From assembly GCA_946965045.2 (NCBI GenBank), contig OX337233.1, forward strand, positions 3,596,001 to 3,660,000: 64,000 bases of DNA. Reading direction: 5' to 3'. Below, in pieces: positions 9,213 to 21,896 of this stretch; positions within the stretch are counted from its first letter, which is position 1; every line of letters begins with the position of its first letter. Position numbers and translations under genes: made by a program. This DNA comes from Epithemia pelagica (taxonomy: Eukaryota > Protista > Bacillariophyta). A model generated the notes under the pieces. It did not search any database. It saw nothing but the letters and a program-made list of their open reading frames with translations, and was not told the origin of the DNA.

Positions 9213-12200
9213 ATGGTGCAAACAATGGCGCTTTGGTCCGTGCTGCTGCTGCTCATTTCGCAATCGTGGCATTCGACGAGTGTGCTTGTCTCGGCCATGA
9301 CCACCTCTGTCTCGAAGAGAGCGCATGAACGACAACGGCCATTCACTCCGACAAGCCTCTCCCAATCCCCTCTTCTCGCAACAGCACCAACAACTGCAGC
9401 AGCCCACAACAAGTTATGGTCGTCTTCTTCGCGATCTGTTCCAATCTCCCCACGACGGACGACGGCCTTGCACATGGTACTGAATACACCAGAGGCCATT
9501 ATTGAACAAGCCTCGACGCAAAAGTTGTTGGACGATTTGATTGATGAAAGTACGCGCATGTCTTCCCGACGTCCCATTATGCGACAATTTGATCCCTCTT
9601 CGGGATGGATTTGGAAACGATGGAAGGGGACCATTTTTAGTGAAACCTGGGATTCCTGTGTCTCCAAAATGGCCTATGCCCTCATTTTTATTTTGGTCCT
9701 GTCCTTTGGATGGGGCGATGTCGTGGGCGCTGGCAGTAGTGGTGGTGCCGCCGAATGGGGAACCTTGAAAACACTCATTACCAAACACTTGCAGGGCTTT
9801 AATGTACTGTGGGGACAAATGCTGCAGGTACGTACTACACGAAACTGGATGGGATCTCAAGAATGGAGAGCCTTGTGTGTGTGTGTGTGCTGTTCGATAG
9901 ACATCAAAAGTCTCATTGGAAATGCTTTTCTCTCGTGTGTATCATTGCAATGGAAACAGGTCACGACGGTAAGTACGATCAAAGACAAAGAAAGAGTTTG
10001 TTACCTTTTGTTCTAGTTTTGCGAATAGACTCATTCTCGGCGTATATTTGGTGTGGTTTGTGATTTATCGTTCTCTTGTTTTCATGCCGTTTCACTGGAC
10101 AACATTGGCACTCTCTATTTTATTGTAGTTTACCTTGACCTTTTTCTTGAATCAATCCTATGCTCTTTGGAGGCAATGCTATGCTCTGTCGCGACGATTG
10201 CAAGGTCGACTCCATGATATCAATATGAGTTTGGCGGTCCATGCCACTCGCAAACCATTGGCACCCGTCCTGGCCCATACTGCTGCGGTGGAGCAACCAC
10301 CAACACCACAACCACAATCTCCAGTGGCGCCGTCCAGTGCGCAGTCCTCCTCCACCACAAAGCAACCTCCTCAACCACAAGCAACACCACCATTGCAGCA
10401 GCAGCAATCACATGCGGATGCAGCAGCAAGTACCAGTGTGTCAAGCAGTGGTGTTTTTAGTGCTTCGGCAAGCAATACCAACGGTTCGACCATGGGAGGT
10501 GGTACAGTGGGTGGTACCACGCCGGTCAGCGGTGGCACTGTGGCGGCATCCAGTGCCTCGGCCACTTCACCCGTGGGATCCACCAATATTCCACCGGGAT
10601 CGTCCTGTACGGCTGCCAGTCGGCAATTGTTGGAACTCATTAGTCGGTACGGTCGCTTGTTCAATCTGCTGACCTACGCTTCCTTTACTCGATCGCATCG
10701 TCCCATTTTGACACCGGCCGGGATGCGTCGGCTGGTCGATCGAGGATTGTTGACAGCCCAAGAGCGGGAAGTCCTCTTGCGTGCCGAACTGCCCGCGACC
10801 CAACGACACAATGCCGTGTTAATGTGGATTGCCCGATCCTTTTTGGAAGGAATGCGGGCCGGACATTTTGAAGGTGGACCTGGTTTTGAAAATCAAATTT
10901 TGGAAAAGTTGCACGTCTGTCGAGCCCAATATGGAGCCATTGGCGATGAGTTGTCGGGACGCATGCCCTTGGCCTATGCCCATATTGTCCAGGTACTCGT
11001 CGATGTGGTTTTGTGGATGTATCCCGTCATGGCCATTTCGTCCGACATGTCTCCGGTGTTGGCCGTCCTGGGAACGGGTATTTTGACCATTACCTACCAG
11101 GGATTGTTTGATTTGGCCAAGCAGTTTTTGGATCCCTACGACAATGAGTCGTTTGGCAAAGGAGAAGATCCCTTGGTGGTGGACACGCTAATTGCCGAAA
11201 CCAATGCTGGTTCCGTCCGATGGATGCATGCACTGTCGGAATATCCCATTTCCAGCCAGCACATTCGCGACGGAGAGCTGTCCCAATACATGCTTCCTCT
11301 TCGTGGATATTCCGTCCAAGAGTTGGAACAGCAAGAACTGGAGCGATTGGAACGAGAACGGGAACGACAAGAGCGGTGGCAAAAAGAAGAAGAGGAACGA
11401 CGCATTGCGGAAGAAAAGTCTCGACAGTTGCGTGAGGCGGCGGAAGCCATGATTCCAGCCCTCTATGATTCTCAAGAGTACAATCTCGACATTTTGGACG
11501 ACAAGTATACGGTTCAAATGGAATCCACGTCGTCTTTGTCGCCCGCCTGGAACACGGACGAAACTGCCTATGTTTCATCGTCCAAGCGTTCCACGAAACG
11601 TGACACGTTAGACTCTCCCAGTACTCCTCGAGAACGCTTGCTCTCGTTGGAAGATCGGCTTCCGACGATAACCTCGGCACCGACAAAGGACGGCTTTTCG
11701 ATGGATTTGGGGCAAGGAGTGTCCAACATTGTCACATTTCTGGATGACATTGCGGGTGGCGTACCCTACGGTTTGATTCCTCCCGAAACAGCTGCTGCCA
11801 AACAAGAACGAAAAGAAGGATCCAGCATGGAAGCGGTATCGTCGGGAATGGTTGGGATGACCAAGGCACCCAACACAGCAGAAGTCCCAAACACGGAAAC
11901 CAAGTCTCCGTTGATTGACCAAGAGTATGAGGAATCACCTCCGACCAACGGGGATTCTTGGGTTCCGACGAACGGGGATTGGGTACCTACAAACAGAGAC
12001 TCCAAACCTACATCACTTGTGAATGGAAACGAAGGAGGCCAAGAAGAAACAAACGGGGATGCGGGCAACAAGACAACCACGGTTCTTTATCGAGACGTGT
12101 TCGAGGATGATCTGTATAGTGATCTACCTTGGTTTGCTGCTGAATTGGATGATGGGGCCAACCAACCAAATGGGGGAACGCCTAGTGAAGGAGAAGGCGA

Positions 12201-13767
12201 TCCAAAGAATGGACCGACCGATGGAGAGATAGAACTGGACAGTATGTTTGAGACAGAGCTGAACGGGTCGCCTGCAAAGCAAGACGAGGAAACAGGAAGC
12301 AACCTCGGAAGTGATGATACAATCGAAGATTGGATGATTGAAGAATCTGTTATGGAACAAAGTGAGGAGTTGTCCAATGCGTCAAAGTGTTTGAGTGAGG
12401 AAGACGATGACGTTGTGCTCACTGATGATTTCGACTACAGTCCCTGGCAGGGATTACTATCCGATGCACCGTCAACCTGGTGGAACGTTGATGACTCTAT
12501 TGGGACGAGCTATGACGGAATGGGAATGCTTTGGGGTTCTGAGTGGGACGATGCAGCGTATTGGACAAACGATAGAGATGCGGCCACTGGCAGTGAAGGA
12601 AACCGCGACATGGATACTTCCGAAAATACTTGGACGGAATCGACACTCCAAACAGACGATTATATGAGGATGGAAGAACCAGAAAGAACCATGGAAGAAC
12701 AATACGAGAACCATCTTGCGGAACTCCTTGCCGCAGAGCAGGAAGAAAAGGTAGAAACGGAGGCTATTTTGAACGCACCGGCCTTTGCGGACTCGCTTGC
12801 TGGATATGAAGATGATAGTGCCGGCAAACCGTCAATCGTCGCAACGGTTGCTTCTGTGCAGAATGAAACCGAGTCGACATCCAATTCTCAACCGACGACG
12901 GTCGACACCACAGATACTCAAGTGAAACAAGACTCCAACATTGTCGATACGGTATCCTTGTCCAGTTCCCCGGAGCTCGTTACGGACATTACGATCGACG
13001 CCACCAATGCGACCTCTCCGATTGCAGTCGCAGAACTGGGCAACACAACGAGTGTCCTTTTGAATACCACAGGGCTTGACGAACCGCTGCAAGAGAGCGT
13101 GGAATCGTTGTCGGGAGATCAAGGTTCGTCCGTTCCAGTTCAACAACCGATCGATGAAGCCAATGGGGATCCTAGTTCCCCGGTTGATAGCCTCCCAGAG
13201 GAATTCACCGCATCACCACCAACACCACCAACAACAACCGACGAGGTTCCAGTCCCCACGACATTCTCTGCTGAACCTAGTGGCACTTTGATAACGTCAG
13301 AAGAATACAAAGAACAGTTGGCCAAACAGCTGGAAGCCGAAAAGGAAGAAATGGAAGAGACCGAAGCCATTATGAATGCTCCAGCATTTGCAATATCCTT
13401 GGAAGGTTATGATTACTACGGTTCCGATCAACCAATCCCCAAAGCCAATCAAACAACCACCAAGACCGAAGCCGACGATTTGGCAGTCTTGGAAATGGAT
13501 GTGTTGGATGAGGCGGACATGCCTCGAAAAGATGATGCGCCTCGCGCCAACTCCAATAGCACGGAACCTATGGATCAATCCGCAAACAATCGGACTCTCG
13601 TAGTGACCGAGGGATCCACTATCGCAGAGAACAATGCGACGGCAATAGAAGATGACCGACCTCCAATGGGAACATTCTCCTCTGACACGAGTGTCGAATC
13701 ATTGCCTCCGCCGGACGTGAACGAAAACAGCGACACTGTATCTTCCGACCCGGATGGTGAACCATGA
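9213..13767 (+). CDS. Bestrophin / UPF0187-type anion channel with long acidic C-terminal tail; exons 9213-9827, 9960-9968, 10129-13767
   Basis: Motifs WKRWKGTIF, spliced QVTTFTLTFFLNQSYALWR, GRMPLAYAHIVQVLVD, YQGLFDLAKQFLDPYDNE. GT-AG introns 9828-9959 and 9969-10128. Hydrophobic N-terminal leader. Start codon choice is uncertain. Confidence 0.85.
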
Positions 13768-13862
13768 AGCAGCATCAACGCTGGTGCTCCCGTTCCCAAT
13801 ATATTCCTTGCGTTTTGGATCCAAGACGATTGCCAAATTGGGGCCGCATCTTCGGACAGCAT

Positions 13863-14480
13863 CTATGGATAGGTTGAAGAATGGCTCTCTCTGTTGGGCT
13901 CCTTGAGAGAATCATTTGCAGGTGGAAGGACTCGATATGTTGGCTCCTTGAGGAGGCGGTGACGTACCATTCCAAACACCATCGAAACCATACCAGTATG
14001 TTTACCAGTTTGGATGGTTCCTCTGTGTGGTTGGGACACTCCATCATCTGTTTGAAACAGAGCGTTGCCTGCTTGGTTTTGCTCCAGGAATGTGGAATCT
14101 GTGGGAACCCCGTCCCCAAGACCAGACACCAATGTACAGCGTGGTGTCTTGTTCTGGTTGTGGTTTTTTGTGAGATGGAGGCACTGGAGGAACCGACGAA
14201 ATTCTGGACGCATATGTAGAGAACGAGCCAAAAAGCCAAAAGGGTGGGGTGGAAGAAGAGTACCAATGGTCAGCGTGGTGTCTTGTTCTTGTTTTGGTGG
14301 TTGGTGAGATGGGGGCACTGGAGGAACCGACGAAATTCTGGACGTACGTAAAACGAGCAAACCAATCAAGAACACAAAAAGAGCAATACTATAGTATATA
14401 GCGTGATTTGAAAAGCACACGTTTCTAGAATTCTTTTCCTTTCGTGGGCAACACACACAAGTAGAGATAGTATACACCAT
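13863..14480 (-). CDS. Hypothetical protein or degenerate gene with an N-terminal TM-like segment
   Basis: Track ORF of 205 aa with a hydrophobic stretch; contains an internal ~90-bp duplication; no recognisable domain. Confidence 0.2.
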   Translation of the reverse strand: MVYTISTCVCCPRKEKNSRNVCFSNHAIYYSIALFVFLIGLLVLRTSRISSVPPVPPSHQPPKQEQDTTLTIGTLLPPHPFGFLARSLHMRPEFRRFLQCLHLTKNHNQNKTPRCTLVSGLGDGVPTDSTFLEQNQAGNALFQTDDGVSQPHRGTIQTGKHTGMVSMVFGMVRHRLLKEPTYRVLPPANDSLKEPNRESHSSTYP

Positions 14481-14977
14481 GACGGACCATCCATGTCTGT
14501 CTCATTGTCATTGTTGTGTGTGGCGCTGTGAGTGTCTATATCTTGGATGGTGCAAACTCCCCGAACGGACTCATGTGTGAAACCACAGCACTCGGACCAT
14601 GCTTGGGAGTCCCGCAAAACAGCCCGTCTCATTTCAAACGAACGAGCGCCACATTCTATTAGTAGTGTTCTATTATAGACTTGGGGGATTTACCATTCCT
14701 TCTTTGGGTCGTTGACAGGGAGCAACGTTCGTTTGCTTTTGGAGGGAGGGAGAGCGAGAGTGACACCCCCTGTTTTGCGACGCCACTCATTCTTCTTTAT
14801 CCGCTTCTTCTCGGCAACGAAGACAACGACAAGCCACTCCCAGACGGGCCACACTCACAATGGATTGCCAACAAAACAACACCCACAACCACAACAACAA
14901 CACCAAGACAGTACGGTCTGCCTCCGAGGCAAAGCGGCATTCTCGGCATTGAACGTTGGAACTGTACAGCTGTGGTG

Positions 14978-15487
14978 TTACATTCCTTGTTCTTCTTGCC
15001 GTTGTTCTCGTCGTACTTGTGTGCGTACCGTTTGAAAGCATTGCTGCACGAGCCGAAATTCGTCTTGACAAGCATGGTGATGCAAGGCCGGATTGTCCTC
15101 ATTCTTGTTGGTGTTATGGTTGTCCTGATTGTCTTCGGAATGCCGTAACACGCACCGGGCATAGGCTTGCATGACCTCGGGGCAGGTTTCCTTCATGCGG
15201 CCCACATAGACACTCAAGCGATTGGGTTGTTGCCCGTGGTTCGAGAGAGGGGGTGGTGGTGGTGCTGTTGCGGCGGTGGAGTCGTTGTTGTTGTTGGACG
15301 TTGTACTACTGAATGTTGTTGTCGTCGTGCCATGAACCAAGCGTTGTGTGGTTCCCGAGAGTGTTCCAAGGACCAGGAGGGACGACAGGAGAGGTACTAC
15401 TACCACGGCCCTCCCCGTCGTGCTGCTCGATCGGGAGAAGCCTCGAATGGCGCCGATTGTGATTGCTGCTGGTACCTTCGTGTTCAT
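14978..15487 (-). CDS. Twin CX9C (CHCH) mitochondrial protein, NDUFAF8-like
   Basis: CPEVMQAYARC and CQDEFRLVQQC are both exact C-X9-C motifs; basic, Ser/Thr-rich presequence-like N-terminus. Confidence 0.7.
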   Translation of the reverse strand: MNTKVPAAITIGAIRGFSRSSSTTGRAVVVVPLLSSLLVLGTLSGTTQRLVHGTTTTTFSSTTSNNNNDSTAATAPPPPPLSNHGQQPNRLSVYVGRMKETCPEVMQAYARCVLRHSEDNQDNHNTNKNEDNPALHHHACQDEFRLVQQCFQTVRTQVRREQRQEEQGM

Positions 15488-15808
15488 TGCTGCTTCTCGA
15501 CCAAATCTATTCTATGATAGATGATAGGGTAGACCTCCCCAGTTCTCCAGCATGTGTTGCTTCTATAATATAAAGAGGACGATCCAAATGATCTGGCGGC
15601 ACGCACACATCATCAATAATCATCACATGCGCTGTATTGAGGCTTGGCATGTAATCTATGTGCGATTGCTTGCCCTTCACATCGTACGCATGACAGGCAC
15701 CCACCTTTTCTCATCTACGTATCAAACCCGCTGCTACATGCTGTATATCCGTACAAATACCCTGCCGTGCTGCCATTTCTTGTCGACAGTGTAGAAAGCG
15801 CCGTGACC

Positions 15809-17082
15809 ATGACAACGACACTGAAAGAACAAGCATGGCAGTCGGGCCTTGTCCTGTTACAAGACGAGACACCGGAATGGAATTCCGAGGACTGGCCTCC
15901 TCTTGCGGGTGGATGGCGTTTTCGTCATGCTTCGGTCGTACTGGATCATCCCAATCCAGACGACCATCACAGCAACAGCAACAGCAACAAGAGACAAACG
16001 GTCGTTGTGTTGGGAGGATCCGACGAAGCATAGAATACTACCAATTCCGTTTGTTTACTGAATTTGGAGGATGGCCCGAACCAGCAGTGGCGAGACGGGC
16101 CTCCCATGAACAAGAGTCGTGAAGGACATGCCGCTGTGGTTTGCAACGGAGGCGTTTACGTCTTGGGAGGATACCGTGGATGTTTGAATTGCGTGGAGCG
16201 GATTGAGGCGACTGATTTACTGCAAGACGAACCATCTTTGACTTTTAGCAGCAGTACAACACAGGAGAGTTGTTGGACACGATTGACCTGTCGGTTATCC
16301 GAGGAACGATGGGGATGCTGTGCGGTTGCAGTTCACAACCGATACATTGTTGTAATGGGTGGACGCAGCAATCGTTATTTGTCGTCGGTGGATATTTTGG
16401 ATACCAGTAGTAACCACACTGTCACTGCGGGACCATCCATGACTGTTCCACGAGCATGTTGTGCCAGTGCGATCATTGGTCAACGCATCTTTGTGGTTGG
16501 AGGCTGTAACGACGAGGACGGCATGCTTGACTCGGTCGAGTATTTGGACTATGACGCAACACCCTGTGACAGTGATGATGATGATGAGACAAGAAAGAAG
16601 ACTGGCTCGACGTTCACCATTTCTTTCTCACCCACCTGGACCACTCATTCGGAGTTGAGGCTTGTCAATGTACAAAGTTTGTTTGCCAGTTCGTGTGCCA
16701 TGGTTGCCGTGGGATCGTGTCTGGTGGTGGCCGCAGGAAGCCGTCCCACTGTCCAAGTCTTGGATATGCACCGCAACCACCACCACGTGTGGAATCTCTC
16801 ACGCTTTGGGGACCGCGACGGCTGCACTCTGGTGACGGTTGCCAATCACATTGCCGTGATTGGTGGATGTACAAGTCTACCTGTGCGACGTTACCACTCA
16901 TGGATCGGAATTCGTGGTGTTTTTATCGACTGCAATCGAACGAATGGTATCCTTCTTCTCTGAAAGGTGGTAGTATGGGTACGATCCGAGATGCGGATAT
17001 CTCTCACCCTTGTCGTCCAGCTTGGAAACGAGCCAGGCCCAATCCATGCCAAACTGATGATAGAGGGAAGGATGAAACCTAG
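15809..17082 (+). pseudogene. Kelch-repeat gene with in-frame TAG (16031-16033) and a frameshift near 16870
   Basis: Family N-motif LKEQAWQSGLV and Kelch repeats (GGVYVLGG, YIVVMGG, IFVVGG). The family C-motif TLPLMDRNSWCFYRL is in a different frame. Confidence 0.8.
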
Positions 17083-17329
17083 CCGTTTCAAATGTCTCGA
17101 GTGGTTGACTTGTTTTTCTACATTCGATTGATTGCAATCCTAGAACCTCTAGTAAGTCGTTACTCAAAAGTATTTGAAAGACCATGGTGCAAGAAAGAAG
17201 GTGATTGTTGGTTGTCAAGTGCGGGGAAGGAACAACCCGATTTTGGTACCTCTTCAAGTGGTAGTACTACCTACGCTTTGACCATACCCTGTCCGTTGTG
17301 GGACAGTGCCACCACCGTGACTGTGCGGA

Positions 17330-17460
17330 CAGAACCGGTACCACGGCCCTCCCCAAAGCACGCTATTGGTACCGCCAAGTTGGCTCGGTCATGGGTTCCT
17401 CTTTGGAAAAAACCTCGAAAGGCGCCGATGATTCGTCGTTTCGACCAACTCTCATTGATA
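17330..17460 (-). pseudogene. Short relic of the 5' part of the CX9C gene
   Basis: TACCACGGCCCTCCCC...AACCTCGAAAGGCGCCGAT resembles 15400-15460. Confidence 0.5.
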
Positions 17461-17589
17461 TATATTATATTATATTATATTATAGGATTGACCGTTCCAG
17501 CTCTCCAGCATGATAATGTGTTGTTCCATTCCGTATATATTGTAGAGAGTGATTGTATTCCAACTCCACGAGAGAGCGAGACGAACCAT

Positions 17590-18340
17590 TCATACTGTGT
17601 GTTGGCGACGCGACGCGACTCGTTCTTCTTCTTGGCAAGGACGACCAGCCACTCCTATTAGACGGGCCACACACACATCAATGGATTGCCCAAGACGCGC
17701 AACCAATACAATGGACGGCTGTCGTTGGCAATGTGCGGCTGGTGCTACAGTCCTTGCTGCTCTTGTTGTTATTGTTGGAACGCATTGGTGCACGAGCCAA
17801 ACTTTGTCGGGACACGCATGGTGGTGCAAGGCCGGATTGTCCTTGTCATTCTTGTGGTTGTTGGTGGTGTGGTCCGTCTCTTGGGAATGCCGCACCACAC
17901 ACACGGGGCATGGGGCTTAAGCAGGACGGACATTCCAACACGGTTCCTTCCTACGGTCAACATACGTCGACACGCTCCATCAATGGCGCCGTGGTGGACC
18001 GTGGTTCGAGAGAGGTGGTGGTGTTGTTGTTGTTGTTGCCGTGGAGTCGTCGTCGTTCTGCACGTTTCCCGTTGGAGTCCTGTCGTCATGCCAGGAAACA
18101 ATATAAGCGTTGCCTTTGGTTCCCGAGAGTAGAGTGCCCCGACAATGACCACGACGGACGACCGAACCGGTATCATTCCGAGAAGAAGAACGTGCTAATA
18201 CGACCACCACCATCAGAACCACCAACAACAATACTACGTTGGCTCCTGCTGGTGGAGCAGCAGAACCCTCGAATCATGGCGGCGGTTGTGAGTGCGGCTG
18301 GTATACCTTTTGTGGTTCAGTGCTACCTCTTTTCTCGACC
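17590..18340 (-). pseudogene. Degenerate duplicate of the CX9C gene
   Basis: Shares NPALHHHAC and the flanking TTCTCGACCAAATCTATTC with 14978-15520; reading frame is broken. Confidence 0.7.
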
Positions 18341-18967
18341 AAATCTATTCGGGTCGACCTCTCCCACTCTCCACAGCATCAGCATCATGTATGTGTTGCT
18401 GCTCGAGAGAGCCAGCAGTGAATGTGATATGTCCATCTGAAATTGGACGGTATATTCCATTGCGCAACGACGAACCAATCAGGCAGACCGCGCTCTAGGC
18501 TGTGGACAAACGATTTCCGAGAATTCTCACTTCCGAGTGACGTACCTCAATTCTGGTAGTGTTTGGGTCGCTTAAATGTTTATAAGCGACCCATACGCGG
18601 CTGAGACCCGAACAAAGGCCCCAACGAGAACAGACCACAGAACATCCATCTGCGGTGGGGGTTGTCAGTTGTCAGACAAAACAAAAACCACGAGAAAAAG
18701 ACACCAAGTTTGTTCGAACAAAGGGGCGCAGTCGATTTGATCTTTTTCGTTTCAAGAGAGATCCTTTCTGTGGTCTCTTTTGTGTGTGTCCTCTTCTTTT
18801 TCTTTTTGCAGAACACACAAACAGTCGCAACACAACAACCGTAGTTGAGAAGAAGAAGAAGAAGAAAAAGAAGATCCACCGCTTATACTCTTTGCTCTCT
18901 CTCTCTCTCGATTCGCATTTGTTTGTCCTGGCCCATTCCAGTCTTTCATTCGATCCTCATTCATAGC

Positions 18968-21529
18968 ATGACATTTCTTGCACTCTTGCGAGGGGGGGCC
19001 CAACCACGAGTCCCCACCACGAGCTGCTGGAGGACATATCATCATCATCAACAACCACCTCGATGGGTGTGGCAGTCGCTTTGGTTGTCGTCGACTGCAG
19101 TACACACTCTCGATTCCGACGACGACAACAAGAACCACAAGAACAACAACCACAAGAACGAGAAACGAGCAATTGCATGGCACCACCAACGACCCACCAG
19201 TAGCCGATACTCGACTGTCTATGCGTCGGGACGACACGCGACACGATGCTTTTCGTCGTCTTCCACCACGAGCAACCATCCCAAAAAGATGAATGGTGGT
19301 GGCGGTGGTCCGCCAACGTTGTGTCCCAAATGTGGACAAGCCGTCACCTTTCAAAGTGCCGAATGGCAAGCCGATACCTTTTATTGTGCCCATTGCGGGG
19401 GATACTTTTGTACCACGAACAGTAGTACAAGTCGCAGTACGGCCCACCACAACAAGGACGATCCGACCATTCTCATGCAACACTTCAACAACTCGTCGTC
19501 TCCCCCCAAACATCCTCCTCCTTCTCCTCCTCCCCACCAACCACCACAGCAGCATCCACCTGGAATGATGGATGGCGGACCACCCTTGAGCAACCACCAT
19601 GGCGGCGGAGATCCTCCTCCGTGGACCGCCACGGGTGGGAGTGGGAGTTCCGGCACTAACGGCAATGCGCGTCAGCAACCACAACAACATCCCTGGCACT
19701 TTCCCTCCATGCCGACACCTCGGGAATTGTACAAGGGTCTCGATGACTATGTCATTGGACAAGATCAAGTAAAGGTGGTCTTGTCCGTCGGTGTCTACAA
19801 TCATTACAAGCGACTTCATGTCGCCCAAGAACAAGCACAACAACAAGCGCAGGCGCAACAACAACACCAACAAGCCGCCGAAGGTGCCGAACACGTGGCC
19901 TACCAATCCCACATGTCATCGTCGTCATCTCCACCTCCCCCCTTTGGTGGCAACAGCAGCAACAGTCCTCCCATTCGACCCAATTCATCCAGCAACACTA
20001 ATACTCACCCCAAACAACAACCACAACGACCACCCGCCCCAATGACGGTGGCCGAAATGAATTTGGGACAATTTGGTACCACCACAACGACCAAAGACAC
20101 CAAAGAAGAGGACGATACGACCGACCAGGACGAGGAGGCTCGAGGAACGAACCGCAATGATGACGACGACACGAAGCAACCCTCCTCTTCCACAACAACA
20201 ACAACAAGCACAACAACAGCCTCGGACTCGACCCACCAGTCGTCGTCGTCATCGTCGTCCAAGAATAACACTGATGCGACGCGCGATATTAGCAATCCGG
20301 CCTTTGGTCGATCCGTCGATGCCACTGTGGAAATTGACAAGAGCAACATTTTGCTATTGGGCCCGACCGGTTCGGGCAAGACGTTGTTGGTCAAAACCTT
20401 GGCCAAACTCATTAATGTGCCACTCGTTATTACCGATGCCACGTGTTTGACCCAAGCCGGCTATGTTGGCGAAGACGTGGAATCCGTCTTGCTCAAATTG
20501 TATTTGGAAGCCGGTCAAGATTTGGAAAAGTGTCAACGCGGCATTGTTTATATTGATGAAACGGACAAGATTCGACGCGCCGGGGGAGTCAACATGTCCA
20601 TTACGCGCGACGTGTCGGGTGAAGGCGTCCAACATGCCTTGCTCAAAATTGTCGAAGGCAGTGTCGTCAATGTGCCCAAGGAACCGGGTCGGAAAAATCC
20701 CCGTGGCGACTTTTTGCAAATTGACACGACGCACATTTTATTCATTTGCGGCGGCGCCTATTCCGGATTGGAACGCATTATCAATCGTCGCATGGATGCC
20801 GCCTCGATTGGATTTGGCGCCCCGCTCACCAAGGGTCATGATTTGGCCCATGACAACCCCAAGGCCCTCGATCGGTATTTTGCCAATGCCATTCCCAAAG
20901 ACTTGGTCGAATACGGCATGATTCCGGAATTTGTCGGCCGCTTTCCCATTTTGGTGAGTACCAATGGATTGGATACCCATCATTTGGTGGATATTTTGAC
21001 GGTCCCCAAAAATTCCATTGTCAAGCAATATCAACGCTTGTTTGCCATGGACGATGTGCACTTTCACATGACGACCGAGGCTCTGGGAGAAATTGCCCAA
21101 ACGGCATTCAAACGAGGCACGGGAGCGCGAGGTCTACGGTCCATTGTCGACAAGGTGTTGATGGAAACGCAATTTGTCGTGCCCAGTTTGGATCCACCCG
21201 TCCATACCGTCTATGTCGATGAACATGCTGTGCGAGGGGCCACTGGACAAGCAGCAACACGGTCTTCCTCCTCCTCCAACAACAGTGCTGCAACCACAAC
21301 ATCACCACCATCGCAGGAAACCATTTTATTGCGGGATCCCAAATTAACGGCCGAACAGTTCCAAGCCTTGGGAGGACGGGAGTATTGTCAAGCCAATCCA
21401 CACTTGGTGGAATCGGGGGCCATTGTCTTGGTGGATTTACAGCAATTGGAAGAAGTGGTCGTGGATACGACCACGGCCGCTCAAGCAGTCGACGAATTGA
21501 CGGACGACACAACCGAAGCCGCGGCGTAA
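18968..21529 (+). CDS. clpX: ATP-dependent Clp protease ATPase subunit ClpX (mitochondrial type)
   Basis: C4 finger CPKC...CAHC; LDDYVIGQ; Walker [16 protein letters not shown]; Walker [10 protein letters not shown]; [14 protein letters not shown]; IGF loop; TGARGLRSI. Confidence 0.95.
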   Translation: MTFLALLRGGAQPRVPTTSCWRTYHHHQQPPRWVWQSLWLSSTAVHTLDSDDDNKNHKNNNHKNEKRAIAWHHQRPTSSRYSTVYASGRHATRCFSSSSTTSNHPKKMNGGGGGPPTLCPKCGQAVTFQSAEWQADTFYCAHCGGYFCTTNSSTSRSTAHHNKDDPTILMQHFNNSSSPPKHPPPSPPPHQPPQQHPPGMMDGGPPLSNHHGGGDPPPWTATGGSGSSGTNGNARQQPQQHPWHFPSMPTPRELYKGLDDYVIGQDQVKVVLSVGVYNHYKRLHVAQEQAQQQAQAQQQHQQAAEGAEHVAYQSHMSSSSSPPPPFGGNSSNSPPIRPNSSSNTNTHPKQQPQRPPAPMTVAEMNLGQFGTTTTTKDTKEEDDTTDQDEEARGTNRNDDDDTKQPSSSTTTTTSTTTASDSTHQSSSSSSSKNNTDATRDISNPAFGRSVDATVEIDKSNILLLGPTGSGKTLLVKTLAKLINVPLVITDATCLTQAGYVGEDVESVLLKLYLEAGQDLEKCQRGIVYIDETDKIRRAGGVNMSITRDVSGEGVQHALLKIVEGSVVNVPKEPGRKNPRGDFLQIDTTHILFICGGAYSGLERIINRRMDAASIGFGAPLTKGHDLAHDNPKALDRYFANAIPKDLVEYGMIPEFVGRFPILVSTNGLDTHHLVDILTVPKNSIVKQYQRLFAMDDVHFHMTTEALGEIAQTAFKRGTGARGLRSIVDKVLMETQFVVPSLDPPVHTVYVDEHAVRGATGQAATRSSSSSNNSAATTTSPPSQETILLRDPKLTAEQFQALGGREYCQANPHLVESGAIVLVDLQQLEEVVVDTTTAAQAVDELTDDTTEAAA

Positions 21530-21720
21530 CCGGAACCATTACGCAATAGATACACACGATACTGAATCATGGGAACGTGGAATCAATCTCGACGTTTGGT
21601 GACCGAGAAGAAACGAAATGCGCGGGGGCAGACGGTGGACAGGAGAGGTTTCACTAGCGCGCATGCATCCCTATCCATCCTAAGAACACTAGTATTACCT
21701 CTTCTCTACTATTGCTAAAA

Positions 21721-21750
21721 GAAGAAGAAGAAGAAGAAGAAGAAGAAGAA
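21721..21750. repeat. (GAA)10 microsatellite
   Basis: Read directly from the sequence. Confidence 0.95.
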
Positions 21751-21896
21751 ACAACGGGGCAAAAGGTGGTCCCTTGTCGTCCGAAACCTCCAAACACACA
21801 AACTATTTGCTCGTTTCCGACCGAAACGAGGCCAAGAGAACCAAACCGAGCGTCGAGGAACACACTTATATTATAGGAATATATATATTGTATAGC

